DNA of 64,000 bases. Source: Patescibacteria group bacterium (GTDB lineage: Bacteria; Patescibacteriota; Minisyncoccia; 2-02-FULL-40-12; GWA2-44-9). This document shows positions 19,125-28,347 of the stretch, piece by piece. Every line of letters begins with the position of its first letter. Within the stretch, counting starts at the first letter, position 1. Where the stretch lies: NCBI GenBank assembly GCA_038061995.1, contig JBBTYA010000002.1, forward strand, positions 83,282 through 147,281. The letters are read 5' to 3'. Position numbers and translations under genes: made by a program. The notes under the pieces were generated by a model. The model saw only the letters and a program-made list of their open reading frames with translations, was not told the origin of the DNA and did no database searches.

Positions 19125-20119
19125 CCAACCAACAACTTCCAGGCTCACGCACCTATAAAAAGGTTGTGTTAGGTATTTTCGGACTCACGTTTTGCGCCAT
19201 CGCGCTTGTTGCATGGGCGCAGTCTCTGCGTAACGCAAGTTTTGATATTACACTTGGCGGTTCGGGTATGGCTGTTATCGCAGACCATGTACTCCCGCCA
19301 GAACTCGTGCACGCTATAGAAGAAGACGCATACATCATGCCAGATAAAGATGCGACGCTCGACATTCTTCTCTTGGGAATGCGTGGGAAAGACGATCCTG
19401 ATGGCGGACTTCTGACCGACACCATTTTATTACTCCGCTACGATCGGTCCACAAAGAAATCGGCGCTCATCTCACTTCCACGCGATCTATACACGCGCAT
19501 TACTGATACACGTGCAGATAAACTGAATGCCGCATATGAATATCTTGGCTTAGGCGGCACCAAAAAACTCATTTCACAAATCACTGGCGTCTATATTGAT
19601 CATGCGGTTATTTTTGATTTCACCGCGTTCCAAAAGATTGTTGACGATCTTGGCGGGATCACCGTTACTCTCGCTACGCCTTTTGAAGAGAAACAACAAT
19701 GGGGGTATTCCTTCTCGCTGCCCGCTGGAGAAAACCACCTCAATGGCGAGCAAGCGCTCTACTATGTCCGCTCACGATACTCTTCGAGCGACTTTGACCG
19801 CGCTCGTCGCCAACAACAGGTGATAAGCGCCATTAAAGACAAGGCACTTTCTCTTCAGCTTCTTTCGGAACCCGAGCGTATTGTGGCGTTGATGCAAACT
19901 ATTCGTGCGAATATCATTACGGACATTAACCTTCTCGATATGACGAGCCTGCTTTCGCTTGGCAAATCATTGAGCGGATCAACGGCGCAGAAACGCATTG
20001 TGCTTACCCCAGAGAATGTACTCCAAGAGACACGAAGCTCTGCGGGCGCCTATGTGCTCTTGCCACGTGAAGGCAACTGGCAACTCGTACGTGACTTTAT
20101 CGCAACAGCAATGCAGTAA
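19112..20119 (+). CDS. LytR-CpsA-Psr (LCP) family phosphotransferase
   Basis: N-terminal TM helix and LCP motifs (DTILLLRYD, SLPRDLY, DHAVIFDF). Confidence 0.85.
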   Translation: MYPVTNQQLPGSRTYKKVVLGIFGLTFCAIALVAWAQSLRNASFDITLGGSGMAVIADHVLPPELVHAIEEDAYIMPDKDATLDILLLGMRGKDDPDGGLLTDTILLLRYDRSTKKSALISLPRDLYTRITDTRADKLNAAYEYLGLGGTKKLISQITGVYIDHAVIFDFTAFQKIVDDLGGITVTLATPFEEKQQWGYSFSLPAGENHLNGEQALYYVRSRYSSSDFDRARRQQQVISAIKDKALSLQLLSEPERIVALMQTIRANIITDINLLDMTSLLSLGKSLSGSTAQKRIVLTPENVLQETRSSAGAYVLLPREGNWQLVRDFIATAMQ

Positions 20120-20123
20120 TCAT

Positions 20124-20939
20124 ATGCGTATTTCGTGCATCATTGTAAATTATCAGCGGCCGGCGCTTCTGCGCCTCGCGTTACAATCGCTTGCGCGCGC
20201 AGTGCTTCCTACTACAGATATAGAAGTTATTGTGGTTGATAGCGCTTCAACACCAGAAACACGAGCCGTGATTCGCGATGAGGGAGCTACTCTCTTCCAA
20301 AACATCATACTTGTAGCGCGAACAGAGAATACAGGGTACACGAAGGGCAATATGCTGGGAGCAGAGCGCGCAACGGGGGAGTATGTGTGTATTCTTAATC
20401 CTGATATCGTTCCTGAGCGCGGATCTTTAGAGGCCCTTGCGCAAACTCTCGCAGAAGATGCATCAATTGGGCTTATCGCGCCGACACTTCTCAATTTCGA
20501 TGGCACAGTGCAGGCTTCGACGTTCCGCATGCCCACGCTCGCGAGTATTCTTGCTCGTCGTATGTGGATTCCCGGTCGTCGCGCGGTGATTCATTCATAT
20601 CTTTATGCAGACTCAACAGAGCAACCACTGCGCCATGTTGACTGGGCACTCGGCGCAGCACTCATGACGCGCCGAGAGACGCTGTCACGTGTTGGTTTTT
20701 TTGATCCTACGTTCTTTCACTACTTAAGTGACGTTGACTGGGCACGACGTATTTGGGACAATGGACTCACTGTTGTCCGCACGTCGCGTGCGCGCATGTA
20801 TCATTACTTGCGACGCGAGTCGAAAGGACGTTTCTGGTTGTGGGATGCACTCATGAAACAAACAACACGATGGCATATTCTTGATGGCATGCGCTATCTA
20901 CGGAGATACGGGCTATTCCCACAACGTTTACAAACATAA
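20124..20939 (+). CDS. glycosyltransferase family 2
   Basis: ISCIIVNYQRP...VVDSAS is a GT-A motif. The start is the internal Met of ORF 19998..20939. Confidence 0.7.
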   Translation: MRISCIIVNYQRPALLRLALQSLARAVLPTTDIEVIVVDSASTPETRAVIRDEGATLFQNIILVARTENTGYTKGNMLGAERATGEYVCILNPDIVPERGSLEALAQTLAEDASIGLIAPTLLNFDGTVQASTFRMPTLASILARRMWIPGRRAVIHSYLYADSTEQPLRHVDWALGAALMTRRETLSRVGFFDPTFFHYLSDVDWARRIWDNGLTVVRTSRARMYHYLRRESKGRFWLWDALMKQTTRWHILDGMRYLRRYGLFPQRLQT

Positions 20940-20942
20940 TAC

Positions 20943-22169
20943 ATGGAGCGAAAAACGAAACTTACTCTTATCGGTGGTATTCTCGCAGCACTCGCTGCGG
21001 GCTTTGTATTAGGATCAGTTGCAGGCGAAGGTTCGCTCGGCGCGTCGCTTCAAAACGCAAGCACGCTCGTGCGAGAAAATGTGGGACAGCCCACCAATGT
21101 TGACTTCACACTCTTTTGGAATGCGTGGGATGCGCTCCATGAACGCTTTGTTGATTCAGAGAAGCTCAGCACTCAAGATCTCGTATATGGCGCTATTTCC
21201 GGCATGATTCAGGCCGCGGGGGATCAGTATACGGTGTTCTTTGAGCCCGTCACCAACAAAAAATTCCGTGACGAGATCTCGGGCACCTTTTCTGGGGTAG
21301 GTATTGAAATCGGAAAGCGCAATGATCTTTTGACGGTCATTTCTCCGATTAAAAATACGCCTGCTTTCCGCGCAGGCATTCGCACGGGAGACATTATTCT
21401 CTCCATTGATAAAAAAACAACGAGCGGCATGACCACCGAAGAAGCAGTCACGCTTATTCGCGGCACGCGAGGGAGCACGGTGACGCTTTCCATTCGTCGC
21501 AACGGAAATCCCGATGCTGATTTCGCTATCGTGCGTGAAAACATTCGCATCCCCGCCGTTGAATGGTCACTCCTGAATGCGAGTACTGCCTACATAGAGC
21601 TTTCTACGTTCAACCAGAATGTTGATGATGAGTTTCGCAAAGCCGCGCGCGAGATTCAAAAGACAAGTGCGCAGAACATCATTCTTGATTTGCGTAGTAA
21701 CCCAGGCGGACTCTTAGACTCTTCGGTATATATCGCTGGCTGGTTCCTTGATCCAGGAAGCATCGTTACTATCGAACGCTTCGGCGATGGCACAGAAAAC
21801 GTCTTCCGTACCACTGGCGAACCGGAACTCCGCGATTATAATGTCATCATTCTTACCAATGGGGGATCTGCCTCTGCATCGGAGATTCTCGCGGGAGCAC
21901 TCCATGACGTCCGCAACATTCGCATCGTAGGTGAAAAGACATTTGGCAAAGGCTCCGTGCAAGAAGTTATTGAATTCCCCGGCGGTTCAGCATTAAAGGT
22001 TACTGTTGCGCGTTGGCTCACGCCAAATGGTATTTCGATCTCTGAAAAGGGAATCGAGCCAGATATAAAAGTAGCTCTTCCCGAAGACGCTATTACTGCG
22101 GGAACGGTTGAATTAGGTACTGCTGGCAAAGACCCACAGCTTGACAAAGCACTCGAACTCCTGAAATAA
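20943..22169 (+). CDS. C-terminal processing (S41, CtpA-like) peptidase with a PDZ domain
   Basis: S41 catalytic region (GGSASASEILAG, TFGKGSVQ) and an N-terminal TM helix. Confidence 0.85.
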   Translation: MERKTKLTLIGGILAALAAGFVLGSVAGEGSLGASLQNASTLVRENVGQPTNVDFTLFWNAWDALHERFVDSEKLSTQDLVYGAISGMIQAAGDQYTVFFEPVTNKKFRDEISGTFSGVGIEIGKRNDLLTVISPIKNTPAFRAGIRTGDIILSIDKKTTSGMTTEEAVTLIRGTRGSTVTLSIRRNGNPDADFAIVRENIRIPAVEWSLLNASTAYIELSTFNQNVDDEFRKAAREIQKTSAQNIILDLRSNPGGLLDSSVYIAGWFLDPGSIVTIERFGDGTENVFRTTGEPELRDYNVIILTNGGSASASEILAGALHDVRNIRIVGEKTFGKGSVQEVIEFPGGSALKVTVARWLTPNGISISEKGIEPDIKVALPEDAITAGTVELGTAGKDPQLDKALELLK

Positions 22170-22178
22170 TACCCTCCT

Positions 22179-22634
22179 ATGAAAGTAATCTTCTTGCACA
22201 ACGTCCGCGGTGTAGCCAAGATCGGGGACATCAAAACAGTGACCGATGGCTATGCACGCAACTTCCTTATCCCTCGAGGTATTGCGAAGTTCGCAACCGA
22301 GAACGCTGAAAAGGAAGCTCTTGTTCTTCAAGAGAAGCGTAACCTCGTTATGGCTGAAGAGCGGGATACTGCCCTCGCCTTACGAGATAAGCTCTCTGGG
22401 GCTAAAATCGAGCTCCAGGAGAAGGGCAACGCCTCAGGCACCCTCTTCGCTGCAGTAGGCCGAAAAGAGCTCGCAGAGGCCATTTTGAAGCAATTAGGGG
22501 TATCTGTTGAAGTAGAGGCTGTCCATATCCCTGAACACGCCATTAAAACAGTGGGTGAGCACACTGCCACCCTCAATCTCTTTGAAGGAGTCGAGGCGGC
22601 CATCACGGTCACCATCACCGGAAGCGACGAGTAA
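22179..22634 (+). CDS. rplI: 50S ribosomal protein L9
   Basis: [21 protein letters not shown]... is a family match. Confidence 0.9.
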   Translation: MKVIFLHNVRGVAKIGDIKTVTDGYARNFLIPRGIAKFATENAEKEALVLQEKRNLVMAEERDTALALRDKLSGAKIELQEKGNASGTLFAAVGRKELAEAILKQLGVSVEVEAVHIPEHAIKTVGEHTATLNLFEGVEAAITVTITGSDE

Positions 22635-22635
22635 C

Positions 22636-22668
22636 AAAAACACCGCCCCATGGGCGGTGTTTTCTTTC
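22636..22668. terminator. bidirectional intrinsic terminator between rplI and rpmA
   Basis: ACACCGCCC-catg-GGCGGTGT flanked by an A-run and a T-run. Confidence 0.55.
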
Positions 22669-22676
22669 CTGATATC

Positions 22677-22961
22677 TTAGTTCTTTACAGGAATAACGTG
22701 GACCACTTTGGCTACGCGGCGAGAGCCGTCGTAGTTCATTTTGCGAGTGGTGGTAAAGCGAACAACCCCATCGTGAGCTGCGTAGAGGGTGTAATCTTTG
22801 CCGACGCGGACACCATCACCAGCAAGGTAGGTGCTTCCTGTTTGGCGTATGATAACATTACCAGCAGCTGCCGTTTGTCCGTCATGCAACTTCACGCCAC
22901 GATATTTTGGCTGTGAGTCGCGTCCAAGTTGTGTTGAACCTATTGCTTTTGTATGTGCCAT
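22677..22961 (-). CDS. rpmA: 50S ribosomal protein L27
   Basis: MAHTKAIGSTQLGRDSQPKYRGVK... is a family match. Confidence 0.95.
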   Translation of the reverse strand: MAHTKAIGSTQLGRDSQPKYRGVKLHDGQTAAAGNVIIRQTGSTYLAGDGVRVGKDYTLYAAHDGVVRFTTTRKMNYDGSRRVAKVVHVIPVKN

Positions 22962-23381
22962 AGCGGATCGTGTAAACTAATAAACGTGAGAGAAATCCTA
23001 GCAAAAACAGCTACATTCGTCAAGCACTCATTCCACGAGATCTTTGTGGTGCTGTGCATGGTCGCCATTGCCTTTATTAGCTACCAATTAGGCCTAAAAG
23101 CGCAACAAACCACAGATATAGAGCCTATCACTGTAGAAGATGGTGCGCAGATATTCACAGCCCAGTTAGCCAGCCAGGTCGTTCCCGGCGGGGGAGCGAC
23201 ACCCACCACCCAAGCACCCAGAGACAGTCGCGTTGTAGCTTCAAAGAGCTCTTCCAGTAAAAAATACCACTACAGCTGGTGCTCCGGCGCTTCGCGTATT
23301 AAAGAAGAGAACAAACTCTGGTTTGATAACGAACTCGCCGCACAATCTGCGGGGTATTCACTAGCGGATAACTGTAGGTAG
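22953..23381 (+). CDS. membrane-anchored protein with a C-terminal Ada-like zinc-binding domain (PF02805-like)
   Basis: TM helix FVVLCMVAIAFISY. C-terminus KKYHYSWCSGASRI...LWFDNELAAQSAGYSLADNC follows the Ada_Zn_binding pattern. The start is uncertain (22953, GTG at 22986 or ATG at 23058). Confidence 0.5.
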   Translation: MCHSGSCKLINVREILAKTATFVKHSFHEIFVVLCMVAIAFISYQLGLKAQQTTDIEPITVEDGAQIFTAQLASQVVPGGGATPTTQAPRDSRVVASKSSSSKKYHYSWCSGASRIKEENKLWFDNELAAQSAGYSLADNCR

Positions 23382-23399
23382 GCAGTGTCGCCTTTAGTA

Positions 23400-23428
23400 T
23401 TGACAGTAGTATCTATTTATACTAGAAT
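23400..23428 (+). promoter_or_regulatory. near-consensus sigma70 promoter TTGACA-N17-TAGAAT
   Basis: Sequence match with no protein gene downstream on this strand. It drives the sRNA candidate. Confidence 0.55.
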
Positions 23429-23434
23429 ATTTGC

Positions 23435-23630
23435 GTCGGGTAAGTGGTGCTCTACGGGGTACAAGCATCCGCTGCCGTGGTGATTTAGGGGTATTTTGAC
23501 GCCTCCCCACCAAATGCTCACCGACACAAATCTGACCTATTCTCCCCGCCGTGAGAGATCGTGTGAAAACTCGCGTAGCTAAGCAAGAATGGGCAGTGCC
23601 TCCGACAGCGTTCATCGGAGGCTTTTTCTT
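23435..23630 (+). ncRNA. orphan structured sRNA of unknown family (about 195 nt)
   Basis: Own promoter, several internal helices (e.g. GGUG..GGGG/CCCC..CACC), and an intrinsic terminator CCTCCGA-cagcgttca-TCGGAGG followed by TTTTTCTTTT. No coding potential. Confidence 0.5.
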
Positions 23631-24371
23631 TTATAAAATTTCCTTTAGGAAGCCGGAGTGTTCCCATTCCCAGAGCTTTTTTGCGGCAAGGAAGGCTTCA
23701 AAGTTGTGTTGCGTGTCGGGTAGCTCGCTAAATTCATATTCACCATGTTCAGGTGACCACGTGTGTCTACAGGTGTAGACACCACCGCGCACCGTAGGCA
23801 TGCCGCCTTTTGAACGCATGCGCGCGCCACATGTTTCGCATTCCTTGTGTTGATCAAGGCGAATGACCCAGCTCGTGAGGTCGGGGAGTGTGCCTCGCTC
23901 TTGTAGGGCGCCAATATACGCTGCCGTTTGCATACCATACTCACGATAGATACCTTTTGAGGTTTTTATATCTAATACACCCACGCGACCATCAATTTCA
24001 GCAAGGACATCCAGCGTACCGATGTAGTGATGCTCTTTATGAATCACCGGCTCTTCTATACTTAACGGTTTTACGTCGTGCGCCATAAGAAATGCTTGGA
24101 ACGCCCGCACGCTTGGTAATACGGCGGGGGATGACTCCTCTACTTTGCCCCGGAGGATATTTTCAACCGCTTCGTGCACCGCAGTGCCTTCTTGTGCTGA
24201 GCGCTCAGTCATCGCTTTGCCGGCCGCAAAGCTTGGCATGCGGCCGTAGAACGCATACAACGCAGGCTTTGCCTTAATAGAAAGGATAGAAGTGACGCGG
24301 GGATACCACATGCCACCATGTTCGTAGCCCGCTTTTGCGCGAAAGTCTGCGACGCTTGAATATTCGTTCAT
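23631..24371 (-). CDS. PD-(D/E)xK nuclease superfamily protein (Cas4/RecB-like) with a Zn-ribbon insert
   Basis: Motifs IGTLDVLAEIDG, LDIKTSK and QTAAY, plus the insert CETCG...YTCRH. The start is coupled to the upstream gene by a TAATG overlap. Confidence 0.7.
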   Translation of the reverse strand: MNEYSSVADFRAKAGYEHGGMWYPRVTSILSIKAKPALYAFYGRMPSFAAGKAMTERSAQEGTAVHEAVENILRGKVEESSPAVLPSVRAFQAFLMAHDVKPLSIEEPVIHKEHHYIGTLDVLAEIDGRVGVLDIKTSKGIYREYGMQTAAYIGALQERGTLPDLTSWVIRLDQHKECETCGARMRSKGGMPTVRGGVYTCRHTWSPEHGEYEFSELPDTQHNFEAFLAAKKLWEWEHSGFLKEIL

Positions 24372-25051
24372 TATCTTCGGGGAGGCTGCATATACGTCTC
24401 CCAAATCTTAAACAGTTCTGCAGTGGCAACGACATCACGGAAGCAATATTCGGCGATGTCGGTGTATCGCTTGTCAGCAAACAGGCGAGCCACGTCATCA
24501 CCAGTGACGCCATCAGCTTTCGAGCTCGGAATGCCGAATGCTTGGCACCACATGTGAAGGCTCATAGTTCTTCGTACAGCACCGAAGAATGAGAGGCGAT
24601 CAAAGAGATCTACATGGCCCTCACCACTATAGCGATTAGGCATGAGGTCACGCGTTGGATGCACGCTGTGCACCGCAGAGCGTACGATCACGAATGGCGC
24701 ATCGAATGCTCTGCCATTGAAGGTGATGAACTGATCATAGTAGCGAGCAGCGTCCCAGAATCGCTGGAGGATCTCTTTTTCAGTGCTAGGAACGTACTGC
24801 ACGTCATCTTTCGTATAGGGCTCTAGAGTGGCTTCTGGGGCTTGAAAGAAGGTGGCACCCTTGTGCGTATCGGGATTCAGAATGGAGATAGCGACAATTT
24901 CGCCCGTAAGCGGCGAGAACCCCATGCGATCACGAACTTGATCTTGCTCCTCAGGCGTTTTGGCGCTGGAGAGGAGGTATTCCTGCGTTGTGGCATCAAA
25001 GCTTTCGAAATCAGCTCCTACGGTTTCTATATCAAATATAAGACGAGACAT
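24371..25051 (-). CDS. DEDDy-type 3'-5' exonuclease (PolB-exo/RNase H-like fold, COG3298-like)
   Basis: N-terminal FDIETVG (Exo I) and downstream acidic and Y motifs. It is the first gene of a two-gene nuclease operon. Confidence 0.7.
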   Translation of the reverse strand: MSRLIFDIETVGADFESFDATTQEYLLSSAKTPEEQDQVRDRMGFSPLTGEIVAISILNPDTHKGATFFQAPEATLEPYTKDDVQYVPSTEKEILQRFWDAARYYDQFITFNGRAFDAPFVIVRSAVHSVHPTRDLMPNRYSGEGHVDLFDRLSFFGAVRRTMSLHMWCQAFGIPSSKADGVTGDDVARLFADKRYTDIAEYCFRDVVATAELFKIWETYMQPPRR

Positions 25052-25132
25052 GGAGTAAGTGTATCAAGGGCATACGCTAACGTATATTTGATTATTTACA
25101 TTATTATTGTATAATATGTTTTGGAGGCGCAG

Positions 25133-25489
25133 ATGAAATTTCTGTTTTTGATTGCTGCGCAGGTGTTTCTTGTTGGTGAAACGAAAACACCGTTGCCAGT
25201 ACACGAACGCGCAACGTGCGGCAGGTTCGCGGATGTGCACGAGCTGCTCGGCGTGATGTATATCGAGCTGAACCCACAAGGCGCTGAAGCGTTCGGAACG
25301 ATTCCCGTTGACCGCGTGTGCGTCGTTGTAGATGGCGCGACGAAGGTTGGCGCACCTACGGTGACGCGTCTAGAGACCCCAGGAGGCAGGTTCTTGATCC
25401 ACATGCACCCGTATGACCTGGATAAGGGTGCGGGATGCCTGAAGGTCAGGGTCGGAGCCGAAGAGTGCCGAAGGGTCGAAAAGAGGTAA
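25133..25489 (+). CDS. small secreted hypothetical protein
   Basis: GGAGG SD 6 nt upstream, a signal-peptide-like N-terminus MKFLFLIAAQVFLVG, and a terminator downstream. Confidence 0.5.
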   Translation: MKFLFLIAAQVFLVGETKTPLPVHERATCGRFADVHELLGVMYIELNPQGAEAFGTIPVDRVCVVVDGATKVGAPTVTRLETPGGRFLIHMHPYDLDKGAGCLKVRVGAEECRRVEKR

Positions 25490-25530
25490 GAGACCCCTCA
25501 CAAGAGGAGGCAGAGATCAAAAACAGGAGA

Positions 25531-25560
25531 GCGGCCCACACCCGGGCCGCTTTGATTTTT
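25531..25560 (+). terminator. rho-independent terminator
   Basis: GCGGCCC-acac-CCGGGCCGC followed by TTTGATTTTT. Confidence 0.55.
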
Positions 25561-25844
25561 ATAAGAGAACGCCATATCACGCGTAGGAGAGGAGGTCGCA
25601 CAATATAGGTTATGCGACGTACTACTACTCTGAAAGCCTTGGAAAAATGGGTTTTTGGATTTTCTCAGATCTTTCCCCTAGTACACTTTTTCTCTTTCCA
25701 TGAGGTGCGCGCCGATGTGTACATGCTCCCTTCTTTATCCTGCGCACACTTTCTTCTCACGTCCTCGGTAGACCACTCCCCTCGCTACGTGCTGGGGGAC
25801 ACCTCTTAAAAAAGAGGCTCCTCTCTCCCCCGCACTGCGTGTCG

Positions 25845-27098
25845 CTATAAGTCGTTCGCTGTAAATACTTTAATCTCTCGCCAGAATAGTGAGAGTGCTT
25901 TTTTGAAAGGAAGGATGGAAATAAAATAATTGAGATCAATGAACTCACGGAAGAGCCATGCGGCGAACCCTCCAAAAATAATTCCGCCCGGAAGACGTGC
26001 GACAGCATACTTGCCACCGACAGGAGCAACCCAGATACCATACGAAGGTTTATGTGTACGTAATTCTTTCCCTTCGATTATTCTCAAAATATTTTGAGCA
26101 GCAATTTTTCCATGATCCATAGCAAGGTATGCCATGGCAGGAATCGGCTTCTGCGTTGCGTGGTCCATAAAGTGGATCGCATCACCGACGCCAAACACAT
26201 TCGGATAGCGTCGCGTGTTGAGTTGTTCGCTCACAACCATTTTGCCTTGAGGTGTGAGATCGAGACCATGGAGACGTTCTAAAACCCCTGGTGCGCGTAC
26301 CCCAGCTGTCCAAATAATAATATCGCCATCGAAGCTCCGCCCATCCATAAGATGAATGCGGGAAGATTCAATCGCAGAAACACGAGCACCAGATACAAGC
26401 GCGACACCACGCGCCGTGAGACGCGCCTTGATGCGCTCTCGTTCGCCATCAGAAGCGTTCGGAAGAAGATCGGGGTTCGCATCAAACAACATGATGTGCG
26501 TTGGTTGGCCACGCAGTTTACATTCTCGTGCGAACGTCTTTACGCAGGAACCAATTTCCGTAGCTGTTTCAATGCCCGTGAGCCCCGCGCCACACACCAG
26601 AACGCGAATGGGGAGTCGTCGCTCACCTCGCTCTGCCTCTTGAAATAAATCGGTGAGGCGAGTGTTGATGGCGATGGCATCGTCGAGCGTGCGGAATCCA
26701 TATGCATAGTCAGTCACTCCCGCAATACCAAAGTCGGAAGCCTCGCTCCCCAGCCCAATGATAAGAAAGTCATAGGGAATTTCTACTCCTGTATCGGTGC
26801 GGATGATGCGTTGCTCAAGGTCCCCATCAAGCACCGCTGCTTGTATGTGTGTAATGCGCTTTCCATCGAAGATTTCTTTAAAAGGAATGGCGACCGTACG
26901 GCGCAGCATGATGGTATAGGGATCACGAGGTGCGCCATACGCTGCCGCTACTTCATAGAGCGCGGGTAAAAATAAATGATACGGGTTTTTATCTACGATA
27001 ATAATGTTCGCTCGAGTGCCCAGCGTCTTTTCAAGATCAAGCGCGACGCGCACTCCTGCGAATCCGCCTCCTAAAATAAGAATGGTTCCTGTTCTCAT
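25845..27098 (-). CDS. ndh: type II NADH dehydrogenase (NDH-2) / FAD-dependent pyridine nucleotide-disulfide oxidoreductase
   Basis: ILGGGFAG and GAGLTGIE dinucleotide-binding motifs. Confidence 0.85.
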   Translation of the reverse strand: MRTGTILILGGGFAGVRVALDLEKTLGTRANIIIVDKNPYHLFLPALYEVAAAYGAPRDPYTIMLRRTVAIPFKEIFDGKRITHIQAAVLDGDLEQRIIRTDTGVEIPYDFLIIGLGSEASDFGIAGVTDYAYGFRTLDDAIAINTRLTDLFQEAERGERRLPIRVLVCGAGLTGIETATEIGSCVKTFARECKLRGQPTHIMLFDANPDLLPNASDGERERIKARLTARGVALVSGARVSAIESSRIHLMDGRSFDGDIIIWTAGVRAPGVLERLHGLDLTPQGKMVVSEQLNTRRYPNVFGVGDAIHFMDHATQKPIPAMAYLAMDHGKIAAQNILRIIEGKELRTHKPSYGIWVAPVGGKYAVARLPGGIIFGGFAAWLFREFIDLNYFISILPFKKALSLFWREIKVFTANDL

Positions 27099-27100
27099 AG

Positions 27101-28345
27101 TTACATGTAATCCAGAGCGTTGATGGTCCCCTGTAGATAGTTAAAGTAGAGCATGCCGTTGCTTTCGTTTGTATATGTAAAGAATTCTTTATAGAGGCTT
27201 AGGTGAAGATGCGACCCAGTTGAATTTCCTGTCGAGCCCTCAAAACCAACGACCGTTCCCGCCTGTACCGCCGCACCCTGACCAAAGCCGACCACAGAGC
27301 TCAAGTGGCCATAGACACTAACTAAATCATTGGGGTGTTTCACCGCTATCCAATTCCCCCATCCAGGGTTTTTAAGACCACTTGCGATAATAACGCCGTC
27401 TCCGATTGACCGCACTGGAGTGCCGTGCCCCGCAACAAGGTCAACACCACTATGCGGCTTGCCTCCGTATGCTCCACGTCGTGCATACGAGGTCATACCA
27501 AACCCCTGGGTGATGACATACTCCCCTTTTGGATATGGGGGCTGAAATATTTTAGTACCTTTTGGTGGTACGCTTTGAGCTTGCACGCGCACATTGTAGA
27601 ACCCTCCCGCAATGACCTTTTGTTCTAACTCGATAAGGTCGGCAAAGAATTCTGCCTGGCGCTTTTCGATCTCTTTTAACATCTTCTGATATTCTGCCTC
27701 TTGCCCCTTTGTACGCGTCAGGAGTGTATTTTTACCAGATTTTGCGGAGCCCAAAGAAAGCTTGGTGTTGAGCTGCTCAGCACTTAATTGTTCCAGCTCC
27801 TTCTCTTTTACCTTCAGCTCTTGGCGACTTCCTTCGAGAACCGCTTTTTCATGTTTCAATTCCTCGATTACATTAAGTAATTCGCCCGCGACACTTTCCG
27901 CATATTGTTCTTGTCGCAAGAAGTCAGACATGCTTGAACTTTTAATAAGCAGCTCAAGCATGTTTTCTTGGTCATGCTGATCGAGTGCGAATACGAGGCG
28001 CCCGATAGATTCTTTCTTGCGAGAGATAGACGTTTCTTTTTCACCGATAGTGCCTTCGACGCCTCGAATCTCAAATGTGGTGCGCTCAATCTTTTTTCCA
28101 GTAAGTGCTAGTTGATTTTCGATGCTTTGAATCTGTGTACTCAGGAGTGAAATTTCTTTTCGTAGTGAGTCAGCCTTCGAGCGCTCGTCGGCAATGTTTG
28201 ATTTATATTGACTTGCCTGCCGTTCAAGCGCTTCGATCTGTTGGCGTAGTTCAATAACTCGAGGATCTTCCGCGGCAAAAGCTTCAATGGGAATAAAGAA
28301 TGCGAGCACACTGACGAGAAGGAGTGATGATGCAAATATACGCAT
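27101..28345 (-). CDS. M23 family metallopeptidase with an N-terminal coiled coil (EnvC-like)
   Basis: Signal/TM segment, a long heptad-rich region, and C-terminal HSGVD...GSHLHL M23 motifs. Confidence 0.8.
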   Translation of the reverse strand: MRIFASSLLLVSVLAFFIPIEAFAAEDPRVIELRQQIEALERQASQYKSNIADERSKADSLRKEISLLSTQIQSIENQLALTGKKIERTTFEIRGVEGTIGEKETSISRKKESIGRLVFALDQHDQENMLELLIKSSSMSDFLRQEQYAESVAGELLNVIEELKHEKAVLEGSRQELKVKEKELEQLSAEQLNTKLSLGSAKSGKNTLLTRTKGQEAEYQKMLKEIEKRQAEFFADLIELEQKVIAGGFYNVRVQAQSVPPKGTKIFQPPYPKGEYVITQGFGMTSYARRGAYGGKPHSGVDLVAGHGTPVRSIGDGVIIASGLKNPGWGNWIAVKHPNDLVSVYGHLSSVVGFGQGAAVQAGTVVGFEGSTGNSTGSHLHLSLYKEFFTYTNESNGMLYFNYLQGTINALDYM

Positions 28346-28347
28346 AG

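Noticed and set aside
23435-23630. The sRNA as tmRNA (a CCUCCCCACCA-like stretch), SRP RNA or 6S RNA.
   Set aside because: There is no tag-peptide ORF or T-arm. No GGAAGCAGCC-type SRP domain IV is present. 6S RNA has no diagnostic sequence to confirm by eye.
25612-25809. 65-aa plus ORF downstream of the 25531 terminator with a distant AGGAGAGGAGG.
   Set aside because: Low-complexity composition, SD spacing of about 15 nt, no support. It may simply be the NDH-2 3' flank.
25880-25905. CIRCE-like half site (TAGTGAGAGTGCT) near the ndh 3' end.
   Set aside because: There is no partner TTAGCACTC arm. Only the true CIRCE at 40895..40921 is complete.
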